From a virus (lineage: Duplodnaviria; Caudoviricetes): DNA of 59,169 nt. This document shows, in pieces, positions 10,235-20,133 of this stretch. The stretch spans positions 1 through 59,169 of IMG/VR virus record IMGVR_UViG_3300024328_000748. One strand, given 5' to 3'. Positions within the stretch are counted from its first letter, which is position 1, and each line of letters starts with the position of its first letter. The notes beneath the pieces were generated by a model. That model saw nothing but the letters and a program-made list of their open reading frames with translations. It made no database searches and was not told where the DNA came from. A program made the translations under genes and the position numbers.

Positions 10235-11011
10235 ATGGAATTACAACAATTACAAGAAAACAAACTAACAACGCTCAAGCGTGTGCTTGACGATGTGTTT
10301 AGTTTAAAACTAGACTTTAATGCACCTAGCTCTAAGTTAGAAGCAATACAAGAGTCTACACAAAGAAAAATAACAAGTCTAAGAGATGCAGGACAAGACG
10401 TGTCTCATAAAGATTTTCAAAAGCTACTATTAATTGCGGAAGGAATGGACATGGCAATAGAGAAAAAGAAGCTAGAAGAATCAGCTGATTTAGATCAAGC
10501 TGAAGTCCTACTAGCGGCAAAACAAATGGCAGATGACTTACAAAAAATGGCTGAAAACTTAGCAAGTATGCAAGTTGAAGACTTAATGAGTATTCATAAT
10601 GCTATGAAAGAACAAGTAGGTACAGCAGAAGCAGACGCATTTAATTCAAGTGCCGAAGCAGCAATTGGCTCGGCATTAGATGCAGTTAAGTCTGCAAATG
10701 AGCAAGTTGGAAATGCAGTGTTAACAGCACAAGGTATGGCACCAGAAACAACAGACATGGATATGCCAATGGGTGAACCAGAAGGCGACATGGAAGCAGG
10801 TCTTGATGATTTAGACGCTCCTATGGATGCACCAATGGACGATGAGTTTGGTGGAGCAGATGCAATGGATGCCGATTCTGACATGGACGGACGTGAAATG
10901 AAAGAAGATGCATACTTGGCAGCAGTACGTACTATTAAAGAAGCACAAGCGGAAGGTAAAGTATCACCAGCTATTCTTAAACAAGCATTCGCACAGTTAA
11001 AGAATAAGTAA
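10235..11011 (+). CDS. Acidic coiled-coil protein (scaffold/prohead core-like)
   Basis: Start moved to MELQQ after CATAAATA; D/M/P-rich linker and helical repeats. Confidence 0.5.
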   Translation: MELQQLQENKLTTLKRVLDDVFSLKLDFNAPSSKLEAIQESTQRKITSLRDAGQDVSHKDFQKLLLIAEGMDMAIEKKKLEESADLDQAEVLLAAKQMADDLQKMAENLASMQVEDLMSIHNAMKEQVGTAEADAFNSSAEAAIGSALDAVKSANEQVGNAVLTAQGMAPETTDMDMPMGEPEGDMEAGLDDLDAPMDAPMDDEFGGADAMDADSDMDGREMKEDAYLAAVRTIKEAQAEGKVSPAILKQAFAQLKNK

Positions 11012-11311
11012 ATGAGATACAACGATTTAATAAGGCATACTCTAATTGATCTGCTGTCAGTGATGACTGCAGAAGGGTCAACTTCTTTATCGTTGGATAC
11101 ATTAGAAAAAACATTAGATGCACAAAACATGCATGTTGATGAACAAGAACTACGTGACTTACTTGATAGTATCCCCGTTGTAAATACAATCAAGGATGAT
11201 GTAGTGTTCTTTAACAATGATGGCGATGTTGATGCACCTGATCCGGAAAAACAAGATAAGACAGTTGCAAAACTGGCTAAGAAAAAAGTAGACAAAGAGA
11301 TGAGCAAATGA
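11012..11311 (+). CDS. Hypothetical protein
   Basis: ORF abutting the upstream stop. Confidence 0.6.
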   Translation: MRYNDLIRHTLIDLLSVMTAEGSTSLSLDTLEKTLDAQNMHVDEQELRDLLDSIPVVNTIKDDVVFFNNDGDVDAPDPEKQDKTVAKLAKKKVDKEMSK

Positions 11312-11925
11312 ACATAGGATTAAACGCAGCACAGGCAAGAGCAAAAAGCTCACAAGATATGGTTGTTTTTAACGAGTGTACTGCCATCATGAATGCTATT
11401 ATAACAACAAGTGCAACCGGTGTATATGAAACTTATATCGGCGATGGAACAACAATGACTGAATGTACTCCTAGCACAATAAAGATTGGTACAGTAAATT
11501 CTCCAACAGTTAATGTAGGTGATACACTTATTATCAATTCAACAACAATTACATTAGGCACAACAGGAACAAACTTAAACTCTATTATTGCAGACATTAA
11601 TGATGCAGCGGTAACAGGTATAACAGCATCAAAGGATGCTGGATATTTAGTTTTAAATGTTGTACTTGATGCATCAGCTACTTGGTCCTATGAAATAGGA
11701 ACTGGAACAGCAAACACGGCATTAGGTTTCACTGATGGAATCTATGTCCCACCTACGCCTACTAGTACAACATACTTTACTTCATGGCAAGGTGCACTTA
11801 CTGACAGAGCATTAGATAACCAAATGAACGCAGTAATTAAGTACTTTGGTAATTTAGGTTACAAAGTAAACAGACTAACAAATTCAGCTACTGGAAAGAC
11901 TTTCAGATGGCATATATATTGGTAA
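11308..11925 (+). CDS. Putative virion structural protein
   Basis: Thr/Gly-rich, with a GDTLIINSTTITL...LNSIIADIN pattern common in tail proteins. Confidence 0.5.
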   Translation: MNIGLNAAQARAKSSQDMVVFNECTAIMNAIITTSATGVYETYIGDGTTMTECTPSTIKIGTVNSPTVNVGDTLIINSTTITLGTTGTNLNSIIADINDAAVTGITASKDAGYLVLNVVLDASATWSYEIGTGTANTALGFTDGIYVPPTPTSTTYFTSWQGALTDRALDNQMNAVIKYFGNLGYKVNRLTNSATGKTFRWHIYW

Positions 11926-11946
11926 ATTACAAGGAGAATACCCACT

Positions 11947-12246
11947 ATGGCACATAATTTAACAACAACAATAACTCCAGATCTAATTGCAGAAGCACAT
12001 GATGCCGGCACAGTACCCGAAGATGCAATAATCAGTGATGCAGCAATTGTTATTCACGAAAGATTTGAAGCAGAAGGCAAGATCTTAGATTTGACAGAAA
12101 CCGACAACGGTAATGGCACATATCAGTCAGTAATTAAGTTTGTTGATTCAGCAGCATGTGATGCCTACCTAGCAGAAATGGCAGCTATTAACGAATTCGA
12201 AACAAGCGGCGCATCGAGATCTAATCAAACACGAGCAGACGTATAA
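11947..12246 (+). CDS. Small acidic hypothetical protein
   Basis: AAGGAG SD, 99 aa. Confidence 0.6.
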   Translation: MAHNLTTTITPDLIAEAHDAGTVPEDAIISDAAIVIHERFEAEGKILDLTETDNGNGTYQSVIKFVDSAACDAYLAEMAAINEFETSGASRSNQTRADV

Positions 12247-12324
12247 TATAAACAGTGTCCCTACGTTGCAAGACGAGACACAAATATTAAACACTTAATA
12301 GAGTATAATATAAGGGGAAATACA

Positions 12325-13032
12325 GTGAAAGATCTACAAGAAACACTCAATGCAGTAAACAGATCAAAGATTTGTGCGAGAAACTATAAATCAGATGCAG
12401 TTCCTGAAGAGCTAATCGAACATTTACAAAAAGTTGGAACCGGCGGCCCATTTAAACAGGGTAGACGGTATTTTGATTTATATGCAATTACAAACGCTGA
12501 AAAATGTAATGCTATATGGAAACATACAGCACGACCAGACGAAGCTAATGCATTAAAGCACATGCCAAAAATAAACAAAGATGGAACACCAGCAACGTTT
12601 GTAGGTAATGCACAGGTACTAGCACCGGTGCTATTTGTATTTGCCGCTTGTGATCCAACACCAGATTATCCAGAAGAAGATTTTTGGGATCCAACCCAAA
12701 TTGATATAGATAACGAAGAAGAACAAAACAGTAGATTTGCAATGGGTACTGGAATGGGAATGTTAGTATTAGAAGCTAACAGACAAGGACTACACACAGG
12801 TAATTGTGTATGTTTTGAACCTGGACCAATTACAGCACTAATTAAAGAATGGTCAGGCAGAGATGATTTTAATCATGCAGGACTAATGGTTGGCGCAGGA
12901 TATCCAGTAGAAGAATGGACAGGACCGGATGGATATTTGCAAATGCGCGACCATCCATTAGTTGCAGACCACGAATATTCTCCACCAGACGATAGCGATA
13001 GAGACGATCCAAGATATTATAGAATTACATAA
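12325..13032 (+). CDS. Nitroreductase-family protein
   Basis: RSKICARNY...VPEELIEHL N-terminus and MLVLEANRQGLHTG motif; GTG start with an AAGGGG SD. Confidence 0.65.
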   Translation: MKDLQETLNAVNRSKICARNYKSDAVPEELIEHLQKVGTGGPFKQGRRYFDLYAITNAEKCNAIWKHTARPDEANALKHMPKINKDGTPATFVGNAQVLAPVLFVFAACDPTPDYPEEDFWDPTQIDIDNEEEQNSRFAMGTGMGMLVLEANRQGLHTGNCVCFEPGPITALIKEWSGRDDFNHAGLMVGAGYPVEEWTGPDGYLQMRDHPLVADHEYSPPDDSDRDDPRYYRIT

Positions 13033-13034
13033 AC

Positions 13035-13829
13035 ATGACGACTGCATCTAAGAAGATAGCCTTCATTGGGTGCAGTCATTTTGCTGGACTCGAACAAGAA
13101 ACACAAGGCAAGAACAACTGGACATTTCAGTTGTCTCAAAAATTCCCACAACACGAATATAGAAATTATTCCAGAGGCGGCCAAGGAATACAAGGATTTC
13201 AGCTGGCTCTATTAGATGCTAAAATGTGGGGCGCAGATATTATATTCTTAAACAGAACATATTTAGGTCGCTGGCAACTTGAATTTGATGTAACAGGACA
13301 TGATTTTAAATTCATAAAAACCCACAGCATCGGAAACAATTGGACAGAGTGGCTATGTGATTTTTCTTTTATGTGGGGTAGCACCAATAGTGGACCAAAC
13401 AGGGCTTATGGTCCCAACGATCGTCTAGAAGATACAGAATTTGATGACGTTGCAAAGTACTTTGAGAAAAATAAGAATTTTTGGAGAGTACAGTACTGTA
13501 ATAATCAATGGCGTACAGATTGGGAATTAAAATGGTATTCAAACGTAGAAAAATTATATAATTTTGAGCATATATTTTTACTTGATTGGACACGGTTTAG
13601 TCATCAAGTTACTAATGAGAACGGAACAGATCTACCAACTCGTTCTTCAACTACGTGGGATGTAGATGTAGAAACTCATTTCACTAAAGGCAATTGGCAA
13701 ACTCCATATTATCAACTCGGAATAACAATAAGCAAGATAGATCAACATCTTAATCCACATGGAAATAAGAGATTATTAGACGAATATATTCTTGCAAATC
13801 ACAAAGTTAAATCAGCACTAACCACTTGA
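13035..13829 (+). CDS. SGNH/GDSL hydrolase-like protein
   Basis: FIGCSH, NYSRGGQG and DQHLNPHGN blocks. Confidence 0.5.
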   Translation: MTTASKKIAFIGCSHFAGLEQETQGKNNWTFQLSQKFPQHEYRNYSRGGQGIQGFQLALLDAKMWGADIIFLNRTYLGRWQLEFDVTGHDFKFIKTHSIGNNWTEWLCDFSFMWGSTNSGPNRAYGPNDRLEDTEFDDVAKYFEKNKNFWRVQYCNNQWRTDWELKWYSNVEKLYNFEHIFLLDWTRFSHQVTNENGTDLPTRSSTTWDVDVETHFTKGNWQTPYYQLGITISKIDQHLNPHGNKRLLDEYILANHKVKSALTT

Positions 13830-13854
13830 CTTTTTAGTAAATTAGTAGTATACT
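13826..13854 (+). promoter_or_regulatory. Sigma70-type promoter (predicted leaderless)
   Basis: TTGACT-N17-TATACT, with ATG 6 nt after the -10. Confidence 0.6.
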
Positions 13855-13860
13855 AATACT

Positions 13861-14553
13861 ATGATAAACATTACCAAAAAATACGATTACAAAGAACTAA
13901 AGCGTCAGAGTGTAGATGGAAAGCGTCTATATGAGAATCCATACGGCGATCCAGTTCCAAGTGTAACAACAATCCTAAGTGCTACACAACCAGCAGAAAA
14001 GCGACAAGCATTAGCTAACTGGCGTAAACGTGTTGGAACAGAAGAAGCACAACGTATTACTACAACTGCCGCTAATCGTGGAACAGTTATGCACAATATA
14101 TTAGAACATTGGGCATTAGGTGAATACGAAACATATAACCCTGGAAATAATATTGTACACAGACAAGCCAAGGATATGGCACAAGTTGTTATTGACAATA
14201 TTGAAAATGATGTAAATGAAATATGGGGCACAGAAGTAAATTTATGTGCCGCTAATTTATATGCAGGTACAACAGATTTAGTGGGCATGTATAAAGACAA
14301 GCCAACTATTATGGATTTTAAGCAAACTAACAAACCTAAAAAACGTGAATGGATTGACGACTACTTTTTACAAGGAGCCGCATATGCATTAGCACATAAT
14401 GAGATGTTTGAAACAAAGATTGAAAACATTGCCATCTTTATGTGTAGTGGTGATTGCCAGTGGCAACTGTTTGAATCTACCGAAGAAGACTTTTCTTATT
14501 GGGCTACACAATGGGCCAAGAGATTAGAGAAGTTTTATGGCATGTCTTCATAA
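13861..14553 (+). CDS. PD-(D/E)XK exonuclease (Cas4/MGME1-like phage exonuclease)
   Basis: PSVTTIL, RGTVMH, YAGTTDLV, IMDFKQT, QGAAY. Confidence 0.85.
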   Translation: MINITKKYDYKELKRQSVDGKRLYENPYGDPVPSVTTILSATQPAEKRQALANWRKRVGTEEAQRITTTAANRGTVMHNILEHWALGEYETYNPGNNIVHRQAKDMAQVVIDNIENDVNEIWGTEVNLCAANLYAGTTDLVGMYKDKPTIMDFKQTNKPKKREWIDDYFLQGAAYALAHNEMFETKIENIAIFMCSGDCQWQLFESTEEDFSYWATQWAKRLEKFYGMSS

Positions 14554-14583
14554 ATACAGTATATAGAAAACGAGGAATAGCAG

Positions 14584-15336
14584 ATGGCAACAACTAAAGT
14601 ATCACAGATTATAATCAAAAAAGACATATTGACAAATTTACCTGTATTAGCACCTGGCGAATTTATGCTTGCAACAGACGAGCAAAGATTATTTCTTGGA
14701 CAACTAACAGACCAAAGAACTGGCGACGATGCTGGTACAGATACTACTACAGCAACAGTTAAGTTTACAGTTAAGAGTGCAGGATCAGTTGTACCATTGG
14801 ATCTAGACGGAATAAGTGAATTTTCTATTTCTGTGTATGATGGCCAAAATCCTACATCTGACCCACTAGTTATTCCAGGATCAAGTGTTGACATTAATGA
14901 TGATGCACTTACATTCAATCATGGACTTGGAAGAGCACCTGCTTTTAACGACACTTTTACATTACATTATAATAAAGAAGTGACATCTTTTACTGCCGAA
15001 ACTGGTACCAAATTACATTCAACAGCATTTACCAACAGTGGCAATGTAGTAAAAGAAATAGATGGCATAGAGTTTAATAGCGATATTAAAAATACTATTG
15101 TTATGAATTATACATTGTTTAACGTAGCAGGCAAAATGCGTAAAGGCACATTAACTATATTAGTGTCAGGCACCACAAACAGTAATATTGAAGATAAGTA
15201 TTTTGGCGACAGTGAATTAAGTGATGTTGAATTTTCACTAACAAATACTGGTAAAATATTTAAATTAAATTTTAACACATCGATTACAACTGAATTAAAT
15301 TTCGACTACACACAAACATCTACACAAAATTCGTAA
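14584..15336 (+). CDS. Putative virion structural protein
   Basis: LPVLAPGEFMLATDEQRLFLG N-terminal motif typical of fibre/tail proteins; CATAAATA upstream. Confidence 0.55.
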   Translation: MATTKVSQIIIKKDILTNLPVLAPGEFMLATDEQRLFLGQLTDQRTGDDAGTDTTTATVKFTVKSAGSVVPLDLDGISEFSISVYDGQNPTSDPLVIPGSSVDINDDALTFNHGLGRAPAFNDTFTLHYNKEVTSFTAETGTKLHSTAFTNSGNVVKEIDGIEFNSDIKNTIVMNYTLFNVAGKMRKGTLTILVSGTTNSNIEDKYFGDSELSDVEFSLTNTGKIFKLNFNTSITTELNFDYTQTSTQNS

Positions 15337-15345
15337 GGTAATACA

Positions 15346-15780
15346 ATGAACGAATTTTGGCAGAGTTCGCCTAAGCAACGTTTGAATTTGTGGAGGCAAT
15401 TTCGTAAAAGTTTATCAGATATGGAATATCTGGGAAGACTACAAGCCGTTGTAGACTTTTGGAAAATGGCACCGATGTCTAGTATGCACACAGACATTTA
15501 TGATGCCAGTACATGGACCCAACCTTGGGATTTTATTTGGGAAGGCGTCTATGATGAGAATAACGTAGCTTTGGGAATAGCGTATACATTACAGCTAGAA
15601 GGTTATGCAGAATGTGAGATTTTGCTTGTACAAAACTCAAAAGAAAGTTATATTTCTTTAATAGTTTTGGTAGACAAAACACACATTTTAAATTATAATT
15701 ATGGTAAAGTAAATAGTGTGAATGATTTAGATTCTAACACTACTATACTAGAAAAAACGCAAGTTAGCGAGTTAACGTAA
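15346..15780 (+). CDS. Hypothetical protein
   Basis: 144 aa ORF with an AAGGT SD. Confidence 0.6.
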   Translation: MNEFWQSSPKQRLNLWRQFRKSLSDMEYLGRLQAVVDFWKMAPMSSMHTDIYDASTWTQPWDFIWEGVYDENNVALGIAYTLQLEGYAECEILLVQNSKESYISLIVLVDKTHILNYNYGKVNSVNDLDSNTTILEKTQVSELT

Positions 15781-15841
15781 TACTTTATACGTCAAGTGTT
15801 ATTGTAAATAACTTACAGCTAATTAAAGAAACGGATAACAG

Positions 15842-18145
15842 ATGACAAATATAATAGTAATTAAAAGAGATCAAACTAAAGAGGAACTTGATCTAGAAAA
15901 AATGCACAAAGTAGTTTTTTATGCATGTGAAGGAATAACAGGCGTTAGTCCAAGTGAAGTAGAAATTAGAAGTCATATTTCGTTTTACAATGGAATTGAA
16001 ACAGCAAAAGTCCAAGAGACTTTAATTAAAGCAGCCGCAGATCTTATTAGTGAAGAAACACCAAACTATCAATGGGTAGCTGGTAGACTTATCAATTATC
16101 ATTTACGTAAAGAAGTATATGGACAGTTTGAGCCATGTAGTCTTAATGAAATTGCTAAACGTAATGTAGAACTAGGTTATTACGATGAGAATTTTTTCGC
16201 CGTTTATAGTCCAGAAGAAATTTTTCAAATGGATAGCTATATTAGACATGATCGTGATGAAAATATTGCATTTGCAGGCATGGAACAGTTTCGGGGAAAG
16301 TATCTAGTACAAAATAGAGTAACAGGTGCAATATACGAAACACCACAAATAGCATACATGATGATTTCAGCAACACTGTTTGCTAACTATCCACAAAAAA
16401 CAAGATTAAAATATGTAAAGGATTTTTATGACGCTATTAGTAATTTCGATATTAGTTTACCTACTCCTATTATGGCCGGACTCCGCACGCCGCAACGTCA
16501 ATTCAGCAGTTGTGTACTTATTGAGACCGATGATAGTCTTGACTCTATTAATGCTACTAGTAGTGCTATTGTAAAGTATGTGAGTCAAAAAGCAGGCATT
16601 GGTATTGGTGCAGGTAGCATACGTGCTATTAACTCACCTATTCGCAATGGCGATGCAAGTCATACAGGAGTTATTCCGTTTTACAAAATGTTTCAAAGTG
16701 CAGTCAAGTCATGTAGCCAAGGTGGTGTACGTGGCGGAGCAGCAACATTGCATTATCCAATATGGCATTTAGAAGTAGAAGATTTATTAGTATTAAAAAA
16801 TAACAAAGGTACAGAAGATAACAGAGTACGTCACTTAGATTACAGTGTACAGTTTAATAAACTTATGTACGAACGTTTGCTTACAGGTGGAAACATTACA
16901 TTATTCTCACCAGCAGATGTACCTGGATTATACGAAGCATTTTTTAATGACCAAGATGAATTTAAACGTCTTTACGAAACAGCAGAACGCAACACACATA
17001 TACGTAAAAAGTCTGTATCAGCAATTGAGCTAATTGGTAGCTTTATGGAAGAACGTAAGAATACAGGGCGTGTATATTTACAAAATGTAGACCATGCAAA
17101 TACACACGGTGCATTTGATGAAGAAATAGCACCTATTCACCAGTCAAATTTATGCCAAGAAATTGACTTACCAACAAAGCCATTGAACAGCTTTGAGGAC
17201 GAAGATGGTGAAATTAGCCTATGTACACTTGCCGCAATTAATTGGGGCAATATTAGAACCACACGTGATTTTGAACGTGTTTGTAGATTGGCAGTGAGGG
17301 CATTAGATGAATTACTTGATTACCAAAACTATCCTGTTAAGGCTGCAGAACGTAGCACAATGCATAGACGTCCACTTGGCGTTGGTATTGTTAACTTCGC
17401 ATACTGGCTGGCTAAGAATGATTTAAACTATCAAGATATTGATGCAACAGGATTAGAATTAGTTGACGAATGGGCAGAAGCATGGAGTTATAATCTTATT
17501 AAAGCAAGTGCAGATTTAGCCGTAGAAAAAGGCACAATTAGTGGCAACAAAGAAACAAAGTATGGAAAAGGAATTACACCTAACGAAACATACAAAAAAG
17601 ATCTTGATGAATTAGTCAAGCATAAAGAACGCCAAGATTGGAAAGGATTGCGTGAACAACTTAAAGCAACAGGTATTCGTAATTCAACTCTAATGGCACT
17701 TATGCCTGCAGAAACATCAGCGCAAATTAGCAACAGCACGAATGGAATTGAACCACCACGTAGTCTTGTTAGTATTAAACAATCAAAGCACGGTGTATTA
17801 AAGCAAGTAGTACCAGAATACAGACGTTTGCAAAACAAGTATGATTTACTATGGGATCAAAAGTCACCAGAGGGTTATTTAAAAATTATGGCAGTATTAC
17901 AAAAATACATTGATCAAGGCATCAGTGTTAATACAAGTTATAATCCACAGTTTTACGAAGATGAAAAAATACCAATGTCAGTAATGATTCAACACTTGTT
18001 GATGTTTTACAAATATGGCGGGAAACAATTGTATTACTTTAATACATTCGATGGTCAAGGCGAACTTGATGTCAACAAACTAAACGAAGAACAATTAGCA
18101 CCAGGACTCGTCGATGATGAAGACTGTGATAGCTGCAAAATATAA
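15842..18145 (+). CDS. nrdA: Ribonucleoside-diphosphate reductase class Ia alpha subunit
   Basis: ATP cone, PTPIMAG, FSSCVL, SNLCQEI, MPAETS, C-terminal CDSC. Confidence 0.97.
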   Translation: MTNIIVIKRDQTKEELDLEKMHKVVFYACEGITGVSPSEVEIRSHISFYNGIETAKVQETLIKAAADLISEETPNYQWVAGRLINYHLRKEVYGQFEPCSLNEIAKRNVELGYYDENFFAVYSPEEIFQMDSYIRHDRDENIAFAGMEQFRGKYLVQNRVTGAIYETPQIAYMMISATLFANYPQKTRLKYVKDFYDAISNFDISLPTPIMAGLRTPQRQFSSCVLIETDDSLDSINATSSAIVKYVSQKAGIGIGAGSIRAINSPIRNGDASHTGVIPFYKMFQSAVKSCSQGGVRGGAATLHYPIWHLEVEDLLVLKNNKGTEDNRVRHLDYSVQFNKLMYERLLTGGNITLFSPADVPGLYEAFFNDQDEFKRLYETAERNTHIRKKSVSAIELIGSFMEERKNTGRVYLQNVDHANTHGAFDEEIAPIHQSNLCQEIDLPTKPLNSFEDEDGEISLCTLAAINWGNIRTTRDFERVCRLAVRALDELLDYQNYPVKAAERSTMHRRPLGVGIVNFAYWLAKNDLNYQDIDATGLELVDEWAEAWSYNLIKASADLAVEKGTISGNKETKYGKGITPNETYKKDLDELVKHKERQDWKGLREQLKATGIRNSTLMALMPAETSAQISNSTNGIEPPRSLVSIKQSKHGVLKQVVPEYRRLQNKYDLLWDQKSPEGYLKIMAVLQKYIDQGISVNTSYNPQFYEDEKIPMSVMIQHLLMFYKYGGKQLYYFNTFDGQGELDVNKLNEEQLAPGLVDDEDCDSCKI

Positions 18146-18157
18146 AAGGTAATATAA

Positions 18158-19291
18158 ATGAGCTCAGTATTTAATTCAGCCAACAAAACAGATCACACTA
18201 AGGCATTAGCTTTTTTAGATTCTGCCGGCGCAGTAGCTATTCAACGCTATGACACTATGAAGTATAAACAGTTTGATAAACTAACTGATAAGCAGTTGGG
18301 ATTCTTTTGGCGTCCAGAAGAAGTTGATGTCACTAAAGATTCAAATGACTTTAAACTATTAACAGATCACGAACAGCATATTTTTACAAGTAATCTTAAA
18401 AGACAAATTCTTTTAGATAGTGTACAAGGCCGTGCGCCAAGTGAAGCATTTGGTCCACTTGCATGTTTACCAGAATTAGAAGCATGGATTCAAACTTGGA
18501 CATTCAGTGAAACAATTCACTCACGTAGTTATACACATATTATTCGTAATATCTATTCTAATCCAAGCATTGTATTTGATGGAATGATGGACATTGAAGA
18601 AATCATGGATTGTGCTGGAGACATTTCAGAATGCTACGATCAGCTTATTGATTTATCTTCTTATTATAATTTGCTAGGTGTTGGTAAGCACAAAGTAAAT
18701 GGTAAAACAGTTGAAGTAGACTTGTATGAAATGAAGAAGCTACTATACAAAACACTAATGAGTGTTAACATCTTAGAAGGCGTTCGTTTTTATGTAAGTT
18801 TCGCATGCTCTTGGGCATTTGCAGAACTTAAAAAGATGGAAGGCAATGCTAAGATTATTAAACTAATTGCACGTGATGAAAACTTGCACTTAGCATTTAC
18901 ACAATCTTTATTAAAGGTTCTACCAAAAGATGACCCAGATTATATTAAGATTGCAAAAGAAACAGAAGCTGATTGTATCCAAATGTTTGTTGATGCAGTA
19001 GATCAAGAAAAGGCATGGGCTGAATACTTGTTCAAAGATGGATCAATGATTGGACTAAACACACAGCTACTAAGTGATTATATTGAATGGATCGCATCAA
19101 AGCGTATGACCGCAGTTGGACTAAAGTCACCATACACTGTATCACAAGCAAACCCACTACCATGGACACAAAAATGGATTTCAGGCGCAGAAGTACAAGT
19201 TGCTCCGCAAGAAACTGAAATTAGTAGTTATGTTGTTGGTGGTGTTAAACAAGACGTATCCGAGGATACATTTAAAGGATTTAGTTTATGA
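18158..19291 (+). CDS. nrdB: Ribonucleoside-diphosphate reductase class Ia beta subunit
   Basis: FFWRPEEVD, ETIHSRSY, LEGVRFYVSF, DENLH, APQETE. Confidence 0.97.
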   Translation: MSSVFNSANKTDHTKALAFLDSAGAVAIQRYDTMKYKQFDKLTDKQLGFFWRPEEVDVTKDSNDFKLLTDHEQHIFTSNLKRQILLDSVQGRAPSEAFGPLACLPELEAWIQTWTFSETIHSRSYTHIIRNIYSNPSIVFDGMMDIEEIMDCAGDISECYDQLIDLSSYYNLLGVGKHKVNGKTVEVDLYEMKKLLYKTLMSVNILEGVRFYVSFACSWAFAELKKMEGNAKIIKLIARDENLHLAFTQSLLKVLPKDDPDYIKIAKETEADCIQMFVDAVDQEKAWAEYLFKDGSMIGLNTQLLSDYIEWIASKRMTAVGLKSPYTVSQANPLPWTQKWISGAEVQVAPQETEISSYVVGGVKQDVSEDTFKGFSL

Positions 19292-19545
19292 CAAATGTAG
19301 TAGTATACAGTAAGCCACATTGTCCTTATTGCGATAAGGCTAAGGCATTACTTGAAAGAATGAATATCGAGTTTGAAGCAAAAATGCTTGATAAAGATTT
19401 TACAAGAGAAGATTTAATGGAAGTTGCCCCAACGGCTCGAACCTTTCCACAAGTGTTTATTAATGGAACAAACATCGGCGGGTATGATCAATTGACAACA
19501 TACATTGAAACAACTAATTTTAACGGAACAGGATTTACATTATGA
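19288..19545 (+). CDS. Glutaredoxin
   Basis: CPYC, TFPQVF, IGGYD. Confidence 0.93.
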   Translation: MTNVVVYSKPHCPYCDKAKALLERMNIEFEAKMLDKDFTREDLMEVAPTARTFPQVFINGTNIGGYDQLTTYIETTNFNGTGFTL

Positions 19546-19838
19546 TTATTGAAGCACCTTACAAAGTAGGGGATATAGTAAGTATCAAACTAAGCAGTGG
19601 CGAAGAAATGATTGCGAAACTTGAAGAAGAAACAGCAACACACATTTCACTAAACAAACCACTTATTTTAGTAGCAGCAGAACAAGGCGTAGGCTTATCA
19701 CCATTTATGTTCACAGTTAGCCCAGATGCTAAAGTGCGTTTGAATATAAATAGTATTATATGTGTAGTTAAGTCTGCGAAAGACGCCAGCTCAACATATA
19801 TTCAACAAACAACAGGTATACAGTTAGCAAAAGCATAA
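19542..19838 (+). CDS. Conserved T4-like phage protein (Sm-like fold suspected)
   Basis: KLSSGEEMIAK motif common in T4-like phages. Confidence 0.55.
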   Translation: MIIEAPYKVGDIVSIKLSSGEEMIAKLEEETATHISLNKPLILVAAEQGVGLSPFMFTVSPDAKVRLNINSIICVVKSAKDASSTYIQQTTGIQLAKA

Positions 19839-19839
19839 T

Positions 19840-20133
19840 ATGGCAGCAGTTCACAGAAATACAGATAGTCGTGCATGTGGAGCCTCAACTGAAGTTGCAG
19901 GCCAAACCACAGTCTATGTCAATAACAAATTATGTAGTGTTGACGTAGATCCAAACAGTCACGGCGGTGGTGAACTAGAAGCAGCAAATCCAAATGTATA
20001 TGTGAATAATAAACTTGTAGTTATTGTAGGTAATAGTGCAAAGAGAGATAGCAAATGTCCAATACCAGGCGGCAATCATTGTAATCCAAAAGCAACAAGC
20101 GGTAGCGGTAATACAGCTATAGGCGGCGAGTAA
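19840..20133 (+). CDS. PAAR-like spike tip protein (gp5.4-like)
   Basis: MAAVHRNTD, repeated VYVNNK, Cys/His residues and GSGNT. Confidence 0.75.
   Translation: MAAVHRNTDSRACGASTEVAGQTTVYVNNKLCSVDVDPNSHGGGELEAANPNVYVNNKLVVIVGNSAKRDSKCPIPGGNHCNPKATSGSGNTAIGGE

Noticed and set aside
10594-11307. Long antisense ORFs (also 44503-45153, 38545-38994, 58244-58714)
   Set aside because: They are shadows of well-supported opposite-strand genes with biased codon usage, and have no SD or motifs.
15842-19291. Introns or inteins in nrdA/nrdB or the helicase
   Set aside because: The ORFs are uninterrupted and of normal length.
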